From positions 64,001 to 128,000 of the forward strand of contig CAVTRY010000018.1 in the NCBI GenBank assembly GCA_963737265.1: DNA of 64,000 nucleotides. Direction: 5' to 3'. The notes below the pieces were generated by a model. That model worked only from the letters and a program-made list of their open reading frames with translations, ran no database searches and was not told the DNA's origin. This DNA is from an uncultured delta proteobacterium. Lineage in GTDB: Bacteria; Myxococcota_A; Polyangia; Fen-1088. The position numbers and the translations under genes are program-made. How positions within the stretch are numbered: position 1 is the first letter of the stretch; the number at the start of each line of letters is the position of its first letter. Shown piece after piece: positions 22,539 to 30,693 of the stretch.

Positions 22539-24641
22539 CTAAAGCCTCCGTAAGACAATGTCTTTCACTCCCTCGAGAACACGATGGCAGGTCTCTTCAT
22601 CGAAGCCCGCCGCGCGCCGAGCATCGTCGACCAGCAGGCGCGCGCGGTCGAGCTCGTCGCGGCGCGTGTGAAACCCGCCTTTGTATGCCAAAGCATTGGC
22701 CAAGCGAACCACCGCGCCTAGGCTGAAATGGGGATGTTCGGGGTGCATCGCCTCGTCGATGGCGTTCGCCGCTTCTGGCGTCAAGCCCCAAGCGCGTCCA
22801 AGGCGCGCTCCGGCGCTGGCGTGGGTGCGGTCCACGCAAGTCACCAACATGTCGTCGGTGATGACCCGCCGGCCTTTGACGTTCGTCATCTGCTTCTCGA
22901 TCTCGAGCAGCAATGCGACGACGATCGGCTTACCGCAATCGTGGAACAGGCCGCTGCGATAGGCGTCCAGCACAACCCTTTCGTTGGCGCCGTGGGCCTG
23001 CATGAGACGCTGGGAAAGTATCGCGACCGCGAGCGCATGCGGCCAGGGTTGCTTGCAGATAGCCTGTAAGCGCGGGGACGCAGTGTCGAGGACCGGGCGC
23101 AGGGCAATCTCAAACAGGCCCGTGCGAGCGCCCTCGGCGCCCAGGCGCGCAATGGCTTGTTCGGTCGAGCGTGCGGGGGCGCGCGTGGGGCCGCTGGTGC
23201 TTGCGACCTGGACGAGCTGACCGGCGAGGCGGGCGTCGGTGGAGAGGAGCGCAGCCATGCCGCCGAAGGAAAAATCTGGAGCCTCGAGGAGATCCAGGCA
23301 GCGCAAGATCGAACGGGGCAGAAGGGGCAGATCGAGCTCGGCGTCGGGCGCCGTATGCGACCTGACGATTTCGATCAGCCGGTCGGTAAGAGCGCTCTTA
23401 CCCGAGGTCGTGCTGGGGGAGATAGGGGAGAAGCTTGGCGAGGTCGGATTTTGCAGTGGCGGCGCCGTGGTGACGGCGGCCGGCGACGGGGTCGCGACGG
23501 CCGGCAAAGGTGCGCTCTGGAAAAGTGAGGTGCCTGGCGTAGCTGTGGGTCTTGGCGGGGCAGACGGCTTCAAGCTTGGGCTCAAGCTCGTCGGTGCCGT
23601 CGCGAGCATCGTCGCAACGATGGGCGTTTCCGTCGCCGGGACCGGGGGCGGTGTCAGCCATTGCGAAAGGTCGTCGCGGGGTGCTTGACTGGCGGTTGCA
23701 CTTATCGCTGTCGGCGCGGTTAGAAGAATGGCGTCGCGGAATTCGCGCATCGAGGTGAAGCGCTGTTCGGGTTTCTTGGCCATTGCGCGCAGAATGATCG
23801 CGCTCGTGGCGAGCGAGATCGTCGGGTTGATGCTTTGGGGCGGCGGGGGCGTCTCTTGCACGTGGCTCATGATGAGCCGGCCTGCGGTCTCGGCGGTGAA
23901 TGGCAAACGGCCGGTCGCCATTTGATACAGCACGACGCCGAGCGAATAGATGTCGCTGCGATAGTCGAGGTGCGTGTCGCCCAGGCACTGCTCGGGCGAC
24001 ATATACGCGGGCGTGCCGATGATCGCGCCCATCTCGGTGTGGTGCTGGACGTTGCGATCGCGCGCCACGAGCTTGGCGATGCCGAAATCCAGAACCTTGA
24101 CGAAGTCCGGGTAGTCGGGGTGGTCGCGCAAGAAGATGTTGGCGGGCTTGAGATCGCGGTGGACCATGTCGTGATCGTGACCGGCGCCCACGGCGGCCGC
24201 GACCTGTGCCACCACGCGTACGGTCGCCGCCGGATCGAGCGTGGTCACGCGCAGCAGGCGCTGTTCAAGCGTTTCACCGTCGAGCAGTTCCATCACGATG
24301 TAGGGCTGGCTGCCGAACATTCCGAAGTCGGTGACCTCGACGATGTTGGGATGGCGAATGTCGTTTACGGCGCGGGCCTCGGTGAAGAAGCGCGAAACTA
24401 GATCTTCCTTGGCTGCGATATCGGCGGCGAGAACCTTGATGGCGGCGCGCCGGCCGATGAGCACGTGCTCGGCGAGATACACGCGGCCCATGCCACCTTC
24501 GCCGAGAAGCGACAGCACCCGAAACGAGCCAAGAGTCTGACCGAGGACGGCGTCCAATGGGGCGGGAAGGGTCGCCTTACCGCCCCGCGAGGACAGGCAC
24601 TTCGTTGAGCCCTTGCTTTGGGTAAGGTCTGAAGCCGCCAT
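22539..24641 (-). CDS. Ser/Thr protein kinase fused to an HDOD domain
   Basis: GEGGMG, HRDLKPAN, DFG and SPE; Pro/Thr linker; LPLLP...GLFHDCGK HDOD region. Confidence 0.88.
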   Translation of the reverse strand: MAASDLTQSKGSTKCLSSRGGKATLPAPLDAVLGQTLGSFRVLSLLGEGGMGRVYLAEHVLIGRRAAIKVLAADIAAKEDLVSRFFTEARAVNDIRHPNIVEVTDFGMFGSQPYIVMELLDGETLEQRLLRVTTLDPAATVRVVAQVAAAVGAGHDHDMVHRDLKPANIFLRDHPDYPDFVKVLDFGIAKLVARDRNVQHHTEMGAIIGTPAYMSPEQCLGDTHLDYRSDIYSLGVVLYQMATGRLPFTAETAGRLIMSHVQETPPPPQSINPTISLATSAIILRAMAKKPEQRFTSMREFRDAILLTAPTAISATASQAPRDDLSQWLTPPPVPATETPIVATMLATAPTSLSPSLKPSAPPRPTATPGTSLFQSAPLPAVATPSPAAVTTAPPLQNPTSPSFSPISPSTTSGKSALTDRLIEIVRSHTAPDAELDLPLLPRSILRCLDLLEAPDFSFGGMAALLSTDARLAGQLVQVASTSGPTRAPARSTEQAIARLGAEGARTGLFEIALRPVLDTASPRLQAICKQPWPHALAVAILSQRLMQAHGANERVVLDAYRSGLFHDCGKPIVVALLLEIEKQMTNVKGRRVITDDMLVTCVDRTHASAGARLGRAWGLTPEAANAIDEAMHPEHPHFSLGAVVRLANALAYKGGFHTRRDELDRARLLVDDARRAAGFDEETCHRVLEGVKDIVLRRL

Positions 24642-24771
24642 TTGTCGAGTACAAGCATCGGTGGCCAGGACCCCATCTTGAGACGCTCGCGGAAAGAAAG
24701 ATCACATTTCTGACGGCAGCCGAGGTGTCGTTTTTCCGACGGTGACGAAACGTCAATCCGGTGACGAGTCG

Positions 24772-26355
24772 TCACCGACGTGACGGTAAAACGAACTCGA
24801 AAACCGCGCCTTTGTTGACCTGGGCGGACGCCGTCACCCGGCCCCCATGGCGCCCGATGATGCGCTGGACGGTGGCAAGTCCTATGCCGGTGCCTGCGTA
24901 TTCCTGGGCCGAGTGCAAGCGCTGGAATGGCGCGAACAATTTGCCGGCCGCTGCCATGTCGAAGCCCGCGCCGTTGTCGCGCACGAAAAATACCTGCCGG
25001 TTGTTTTCCCATCGCGCACCGACCTCGATGTCGGCGTCGTTGGTTTTGTTGGTGTATTTCCAGGCGTTGTCGAGCAGGTTCTCGAGCAAGATACGCAGAA
25101 GGCCCACGTCCCCGCGCGCGCGCAGGCCGGCCTGAACGTGGGTGCGGACCCGCCGCGCGGGCTCGCGTTCGTGCAGAAGAGCGAGGATGTCCGTGGCCAT
25201 GGCGGAGAGGTCGACATCTTCAAGGCGCATCTCCGCGCGCGTGATTCGCGACAAGACGAGCAAGTCGTCGATGAGGTGCCCCATGCGCCCGGCCGCCTTG
25301 CGCACGCGCTGGCAGTAATCGAGCGCGCGCTCGTCGAGCTTGTCGCCGTAGTCCTCGACCAGCGCTTGGGTAAAGCCGTCAATCCCGCGCAGCGGCGCGC
25401 GCAGGTCGTGCGAGACCGAATAGGCGAAACTCTCCAGCTCACGGTTGGCGGCGCCGAGCTCGGCGGTGCGCTCTTCCACGCGCAGCTCAAGCTGCTCGTT
25501 GATCGTGCGCAAGGCTTCTTCCATGCGGCGCCGCGCGGTGATATCCACGCCGAAGGAAATGGTTCCGGCGGTCTGGCCGTTTTCGACGATGGGATTGTTC
25601 TGCCAAACGATGTAGCGCTCGTCTCCCGTGGCGGTCAGCAATGGCATCTCGAATGTGCTTGGTTCGCCGCCAGCGAGCAGCCGTTGGAACTCATCGTGGA
25701 CGTATGGAAACCGTTGCCGGGGTGCCATGACCTCGAACCAGTTCCGCCGCTCGACATCCGCGCGCGAGTATCCCGTGATATTTTCGGCGGTCTTATTGAA
25801 GGCGCGAACCTGACCCTCTTTGTCGAGGCCCACCACCATGATGCTGGCCAGCTCGATGAGACGCTCGGCATAGTCTTTCGCTTCTTGGAGCGCCTCTTGG
25901 GTCCTCACCAGATCGGTGACGTCGCGCTTGACGCCCCAGAGGCGCAAAAGCCGGCCGTCTTCAACGTCGCCCGATAGGTTGTTGAGCGAGCGAAAGGCAC
26001 TGCCGTCGCGCCGGCGCTCGGCCAGCAGCAGATTGTCGAGGCGATAGCCCGACATGATGAAGGCGACCACGAAGCCAAGCTGCTCTTCGCGCGAGCTCGA
26101 CAGAAGGTCGCCGAAGGCAACACCGCGCATGTCTTCCGGCTTGTTGTAGCCGAACTGTCGTGCGAAGGTTTCGTTGCACAGGCCGACGCGGGCATCGCGC
26201 ACGATGGCTAGGGCTTGCTCGTGTACCGTCAGGTTGGTCGGAAGAGGCGTGGCCATGTCGAAACGCCACAGGCCTTCGGACGCAAGTTCGAGGAAATGCC
26301 GGTACTCGCCTTCGATGGAATCGCGCGATGGCTCGTTGGCGGGGTTGTCTTTCAT
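24772..26355 (-). CDS. PAS-domain sensor histidine kinase
   Basis: SVSHDLRAPL, NLLDNAWKY, DNGAGF and GTGIGL, with two PAS-like regions. Confidence 0.92.
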   Translation of the reverse strand: MKDNPANEPSRDSIEGEYRHFLELASEGLWRFDMATPLPTNLTVHEQALAIVRDARVGLCNETFARQFGYNKPEDMRGVAFGDLLSSSREEQLGFVVAFIMSGYRLDNLLLAERRRDGSAFRSLNNLSGDVEDGRLLRLWGVKRDVTDLVRTQEALQEAKDYAERLIELASIMVVGLDKEGQVRAFNKTAENITGYSRADVERRNWFEVMAPRQRFPYVHDEFQRLLAGGEPSTFEMPLLTATGDERYIVWQNNPIVENGQTAGTISFGVDITARRRMEEALRTINEQLELRVEERTAELGAANRELESFAYSVSHDLRAPLRGIDGFTQALVEDYGDKLDERALDYCQRVRKAAGRMGHLIDDLLVLSRITRAEMRLEDVDLSAMATDILALLHEREPARRVRTHVQAGLRARGDVGLLRILLENLLDNAWKYTNKTNDADIEVGARWENNRQVFFVRDNGAGFDMAAAGKLFAPFQRLHSAQEYAGTGIGLATVQRIIGRHGGRVTASAQVNKGAVFEFVLPSRR

Positions 26356-26426
26356 GGGATAGGCGGGCTCGCAAGCGGTGAGCGGGCGGCGGCGCTCGCA
26401 AGACCATGATAAAAGAATAGTGGCCG

Positions 26427-27623
26427 ATGCGCTCCATGGGAAATCCATCTTCCGCTGCGGATCGCTCTGGTGACGGCGAATCTGCGCGCGTTCTCGTCGC
26501 GGACGGCGAGGGTGGCGACATCGCCGATTCCTTGGCCCTGCTCGGCGACGCAGGCTACGCCTTGGACTTGGCCAGCGATGGACCGGCGGCCCTGGCCCTG
26601 CTCAAGGCCAACCACTATGCCGCGATCGTGGCCGACGTCGCTCTGCCGGGCGTCGATGCCCTCGGTGTCCTGCGCGCCGCTCGTCAAGGCGACTTGGACG
26701 TCCCCCTCGTGGTGACCACGGAACCCGCCAGCGTCGGGCTGTCCGCGGTTGCGGTTCAGCAAGGCGCGCTTTGCTATCTGGAAAAGCCGATAGCAGCCGA
26801 CCTGCTTCTCAAGACCGTCTCGTACGCAATCAAACTGCACCAGCTCGCCACGTTGCGCCGCCGTGCCCTCGACACCCTTGGCGGCCAGTGGAGCCAGATG
26901 GGCGATAGGATCGCGCTCGAGCTGGTCTTTGAACGCACGTTTGCCGGGCTGTCCATCGCCTTCCAGCCCATCATCTCCTGGTCGAGCCGCCGGGTTATCG
27001 GCCACGAGGCGTTGCTGCGCAGCTCGCATCCCAGCCTGCCCGATCCGGCCTCGGTGCTGGCCGTAGCCGAACGGCTTGGACGCGTCGACCAAGTAGGTCG
27101 GCTCGTGCGCGAGCGGGTGGCGCGTTCCATGGCCAAGGCGCCGGCCGAGTTCGTGTTCGTGAATCTGCACGCGCACGAGCTCCTGGACGGCGACCTGTTC
27201 TCGCCTTCCGCTCCGCTGTCGCAGTTTGGGAAACGGATCGTGCTCGAAATTTCCGAGCACGCCCTGCTCGACGACGTTTCGCACCTGGAAGCGCGTGCGG
27301 CGGCCTTGCGCAAATTGGGATTTCAGCTGGCCATGGACAACCTCGGTCCCGGCTATCCCGGCCTGTCGTCGTTCGCGCGCCTGGTGCCGGAATACGTGAA
27401 GTACGACCAGTCGTTGGTACGCGGCGCGGATCGCAGTCCGGCGCAGGCCGAGGTCGTGGCGGGGATGACCGCTCTTTTCAAGTCGATGAGCACGAAGGTG
27501 ATCGCCGCCGGGATCGAAACCCTCGCCGAACGCGATGCCATGATCACGGCAGGCGTGGATCTTTTACAAGGATTTGCGTTTTCACGCCCGGACACGGCAT
27601 ACCGGCAGCCCGACATCGGATGA
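26427..27623 (+). CDS. REC-EAL domain protein (degenerate EAL motifs)
   Basis: Receiver-like N-terminus; FQPI, HEALLR, VNL and LEISE present; DNLGPG and AAGIET variants. Confidence 0.85.
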   Translation: MRSMGNPSSAADRSGDGESARVLVADGEGGDIADSLALLGDAGYALDLASDGPAALALLKANHYAAIVADVALPGVDALGVLRAARQGDLDVPLVVTTEPASVGLSAVAVQQGALCYLEKPIAADLLLKTVSYAIKLHQLATLRRRALDTLGGQWSQMGDRIALELVFERTFAGLSIAFQPIISWSSRRVIGHEALLRSSHPSLPDPASVLAVAERLGRVDQVGRLVRERVARSMAKAPAEFVFVNLHAHELLDGDLFSPSAPLSQFGKRIVLEISEHALLDDVSHLEARAAALRKLGFQLAMDNLGPGYPGLSSFARLVPEYVKYDQSLVRGADRSPAQAEVVAGMTALFKSMSTKVIAAGIETLAERDAMITAGVDLLQGFAFSRPDTAYRQPDIG

Positions 27624-27638
27624 TCGTGGCCGATTGTT

Positions 27639-28358
27639 TCACGCCGAAGTCGTCTTTGCGGGTTCGACGCTTTCCTTGGTGATTGAAAGCCAGGCTCCCG
27701 CCGCCAACTCCGCCGGCAGGCTGAGCGCCCCAAACGAAACGCGACACAGGGAGAGTACGTGGCTGCCGAGTGCGGCGAAGATTCGACGGACTTCGTGGTA
27801 GGCGCCGCCCGCGATGGTCACGCTGGCAAACGTGGTCGCCTGTGCGGAACGCACAAGACTGGGGTGCATTTCGCCCTCTTCTTGCTGGCGAAGGTCGAGC
27901 ACCTTCGGGCGGTGTCCGTCGCGCAGGACGAGATCGCTCGGTAGTGGTTGAAATGGGCGCGCCAACGCCACGTGGTAACAGCGTGGAATGGCCGAGCGTG
28001 GATGCGTGAGGTGGTGCAGCCAGGTTCCGTCGGTGGTCCACAGGAGAAGCCCGGTGGTGTCGAGATCTAGGCGGCCCACTGGCCGCAGCTCGGCCACGAG
28101 CGGCGCTTCTTCGACGAACGTTGCTACCGTTGCGTGAAGCGGATCCGATAGCGCGGTCACGCAGCCGGCCGGCTTGTTCAGCATCAGATCATAGGAATCG
28201 CGCAGGCAGACGGTGGTGCCGCCAATTTCCGCGTTGAACGGAAGCGACTCGGGTGCGACCTTGCTGGGAAGCTTCCCAGGCTCGCTTGCAATCAGACGGT
28301 GCGCTTCGGCGCGTGAACAGCCGAGGTTTCTTGCCAGAAGTCTTTCGAGGTTGTGCAT
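27639..28358 (-). CDS. RsuA-family pseudouridine synthase
   Basis: LNKPAG, VGRLDLDTTGLLL and GAYHEVRRIF. Confidence 0.9.
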   Translation of the reverse strand: MHNLERLLARNLGCSRAEAHRLIASEPGKLPSKVAPESLPFNAEIGGTTVCLRDSYDLMLNKPAGCVTALSDPLHATVATFVEEAPLVAELRPVGRLDLDTTGLLLWTTDGTWLHHLTHPRSAIPRCYHVALARPFQPLPSDLVLRDGHRPKVLDLRQQEEGEMHPSLVRSAQATTFASVTIAGGAYHEVRRIFAALGSHVLSLCRVSFGALSLPAELAAGAWLSITKESVEPAKTTSA

Positions 28359-28409
28359 GAGAATGAGGTTGTTGCGGGCGCAAGAGTGTGGTTTTTCTCA
28401 GTCGGAGTC

Positions 28410-28880
28410 GTGTCTTCCCTTCACGTTATCCTGGTCGAGCCCGAGATCCACTGGAATACGGGCAACATCGGTCGCACCACGCTTGCGACGGGCGCGGAGC
28501 TGCATCTCGTGGAACCGCTGGGCTTCTCGCTCGAGGATCGGTACCTCCGCCGGGCGGGGCTCGATTACTGGCCGCGCGTGCGCCTACACGTGTGGCCGAG
28601 CTGGGACGAGATCGAACGCCACCTGCCCGAGCTGGGCGAGCCATTCTTCTTTTCGTCGCAGGCGACGCGCCACTACTGGGACGTGAAATACCCCGACGAC
28701 GTTGCGTTGGTGTTCGGGCGCGAAAGCGTGGGCCTGGCCAAGTCGATTTTGACTCGGTACTCCGATCGCACCGTGCGCATTCCCATGGTCGAACCGGCCC
28801 TTCGCTCGGTCAACCTGTCGACCTCGGCCGGTGTGGCGATGTTCGAGGTCGCGCGGCAGCGTGCCTTAGTCGGTCGCTAA
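28410..28880 (+). CDS. trmL: tRNA (cytidine/uridine-34-2'-O)-methyltransferase
   Basis: PEIHWNTGNIGR, RRAGLDYW, FGRES and RSVNLS. Confidence 0.92.
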   Translation: MSSLHVILVEPEIHWNTGNIGRTTLATGAELHLVEPLGFSLEDRYLRRAGLDYWPRVRLHVWPSWDEIERHLPELGEPFFFSSQATRHYWDVKYPDDVALVFGRESVGLAKSILTRYSDRTVRIPMVEPALRSVNLSTSAGVAMFEVARQRALVGR

Positions 28881-28944
28881 CGCGAACGAGCTCCAAGAAA
28901 ATCCACGGTCCGTCGATGTTGTCGTTGATGAGGATTCCCAACGC

Positions 28945-30693
28945 ATGACCACGGACTACGCGCGTCTTGGGCGCTATCAGCCCGAGGCATTGCTCGGGCA
29001 AGGACGTGTCACGGAAACCTTTCTGGCACGGACGGTTGATCCCCTGCCTGCCGTTTACGGGCAAACCTTTGCATTGAAGGTGTTGCGCCAGGAGCCCGAC
29101 GGCGGCCGTGCGCTGGCGACCCGCTTCATCGCCGCCGCGCGGATGCTTCAATGGATGTCGCTGCCAGGCACGGCCAGCGTTGTTGAAATTGGCGAAGGAC
29201 CCGGGCCGGCTTTCGCGGCTTTTGAATTCAAAGACGGCGTGGACTTATGTCAATTGCGTTCCCAGGCCGTGCCCGCGGGTGGACGGATGGACGCTCGCCT
29301 CGTTGGTTTGATTGGCCGGAAGCTTGCCGAACGGCTCGGGCCGCTGCACGCCCAGCCGGACGGGCCGCGCGTGCATGGAGGGCTGTCTCCCGGCAATGTC
29401 TTGGTGAGGCCGAGTGGCGAGGTGCTGCTGCTCGACTGCGGCCTCGCCGAGGCGCTGCGCTCGAAGCAAGCGATGACCGAACACTGGCATTACTTGGCTC
29501 CCGAACAGCTGCGCGGCGAGGCGGCGGGGCGTGCAGCTGACCTGTATGCGCTGGGCGCACTGATGTATTTCCTGTGCTACGGCCGGCCGCCTTTCGCGGC
29601 CGACACACCCGAGCAGCTGGAGGCGCGCGTCGCCGAAGGTCCGCCAGCCTTCGATGGACTTCATCCCGCCGTGGCAAGTAGCGTGGCTCGTATGCTGGCC
29701 TACACGGCCGCGGCGCGGCCCAAGTCGGCGTCCGAGGTGGCGCGCCAGATTTCGGTGGCGCTGCTTTCGGCCAACGCAGGGGGCGCCTTTGCCACAACAA
29801 CTCCGGCTACGGCGCCGCAAGATCCGCCACCCGGATTCGATATTCGACCGTTCGTTCTTGTTCCGCCGGAAGACGCGCCCGTTTCGCCCCAAGGCACGAG
29901 GATGGCTCAGGATCGCGTTGGCATCTCGGCCGACGATCCTGACGTGGGCGTGGTCTACGACGATGACGACGAAGAAGACGAAATCGAAGTGCTGCCCGAC
30001 GGCACCGTCAAGCGCCGGCGTCGCCGCCGTGCCATTCGGCTGCTCGCGTGGACGAAGAGCGCCTTTGCCCGCAAGATCTTCCGCTATGCGTGGGTGCCAG
30101 GTGCGGTGTTCCTCTTGGCCGTCGTTGTCGAAGGCTTCTTCTTCGCGCAAAGCTGGCGCGCGGTTCGCGCCGAAGGTCAGCGAAGGGACCAAGCGCGGGC
30201 CGCCCTGCAAGCCAGGCTGGAGGCAGCGAAGCCGAAGCTTTCGCCAGCCCCGGTCGTGCCATCGGGCCACCTCGTGCTCAAGGTTGCGCCCAGTGGGGCC
30301 GTGGTGTGGCTCGACGGGATTGAGAAGGGGACCGCGCCATCCACCATCTTGACCACGCCGGGCGCGCATCGCCTCGTGGTCACCGCGCCCGGCTATCGCA
30401 TGCTGCGCGACGTGGTCGAAACCACCCACGGTTTATTGTTCGAGCGCGAAATGGTCCCCGCTGTCTTTCCACTTACGGGCAGCGTGGGGTTGAATGTTGC
30501 GTGCACCACCGAGGGCAAGTACCCTGTGTTCGTCGACGGCAAGGAAATCGGTGCCCTGTGCCCAATTGCCGGAGTTCGGCTAGATCCGGGCAAGCACATG
30601 GTTGGCGTTTTCGTGATTCCCGAGAACCGGATTTGGACCCTCGATCGCGAAATCGTCGCCGATCGGCCACATCGCGTGCAATTCAACTACTGA
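28945..30693 (+). CDS. Membrane pseudokinase with PEGA-like extracytoplasmic region
   Basis: Kinase fold with HRD->HGG and DFG->DCG, APE kept; TM helix; PSGAVVWLDG PEGA-like motif. Confidence 0.8.
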   Translation: MTTDYARLGRYQPEALLGQGRVTETFLARTVDPLPAVYGQTFALKVLRQEPDGGRALATRFIAAARMLQWMSLPGTASVVEIGEGPGPAFAAFEFKDGVDLCQLRSQAVPAGGRMDARLVGLIGRKLAERLGPLHAQPDGPRVHGGLSPGNVLVRPSGEVLLLDCGLAEALRSKQAMTEHWHYLAPEQLRGEAAGRAADLYALGALMYFLCYGRPPFAADTPEQLEARVAEGPPAFDGLHPAVASSVARMLAYTAAARPKSASEVARQISVALLSANAGGAFATTTPATAPQDPPPGFDIRPFVLVPPEDAPVSPQGTRMAQDRVGISADDPDVGVVYDDDDEEDEIEVLPDGTVKRRRRRRAIRLLAWTKSAFARKIFRYAWVPGAVFLLAVVVEGFFFAQSWRAVRAEGQRRDQARAALQARLEAAKPKLSPAPVVPSGHLVLKVAPSGAVVWLDGIEKGTAPSTILTTPGAHRLVVTAPGYRMLRDVVETTHGLLFEREMVPAVFPLTGSVGLNVACTTEGKYPVFVDGKEIGALCPIAGVRLDPGKHMVGVFVIPENRIWTLDREIVADRPHRVQFNY

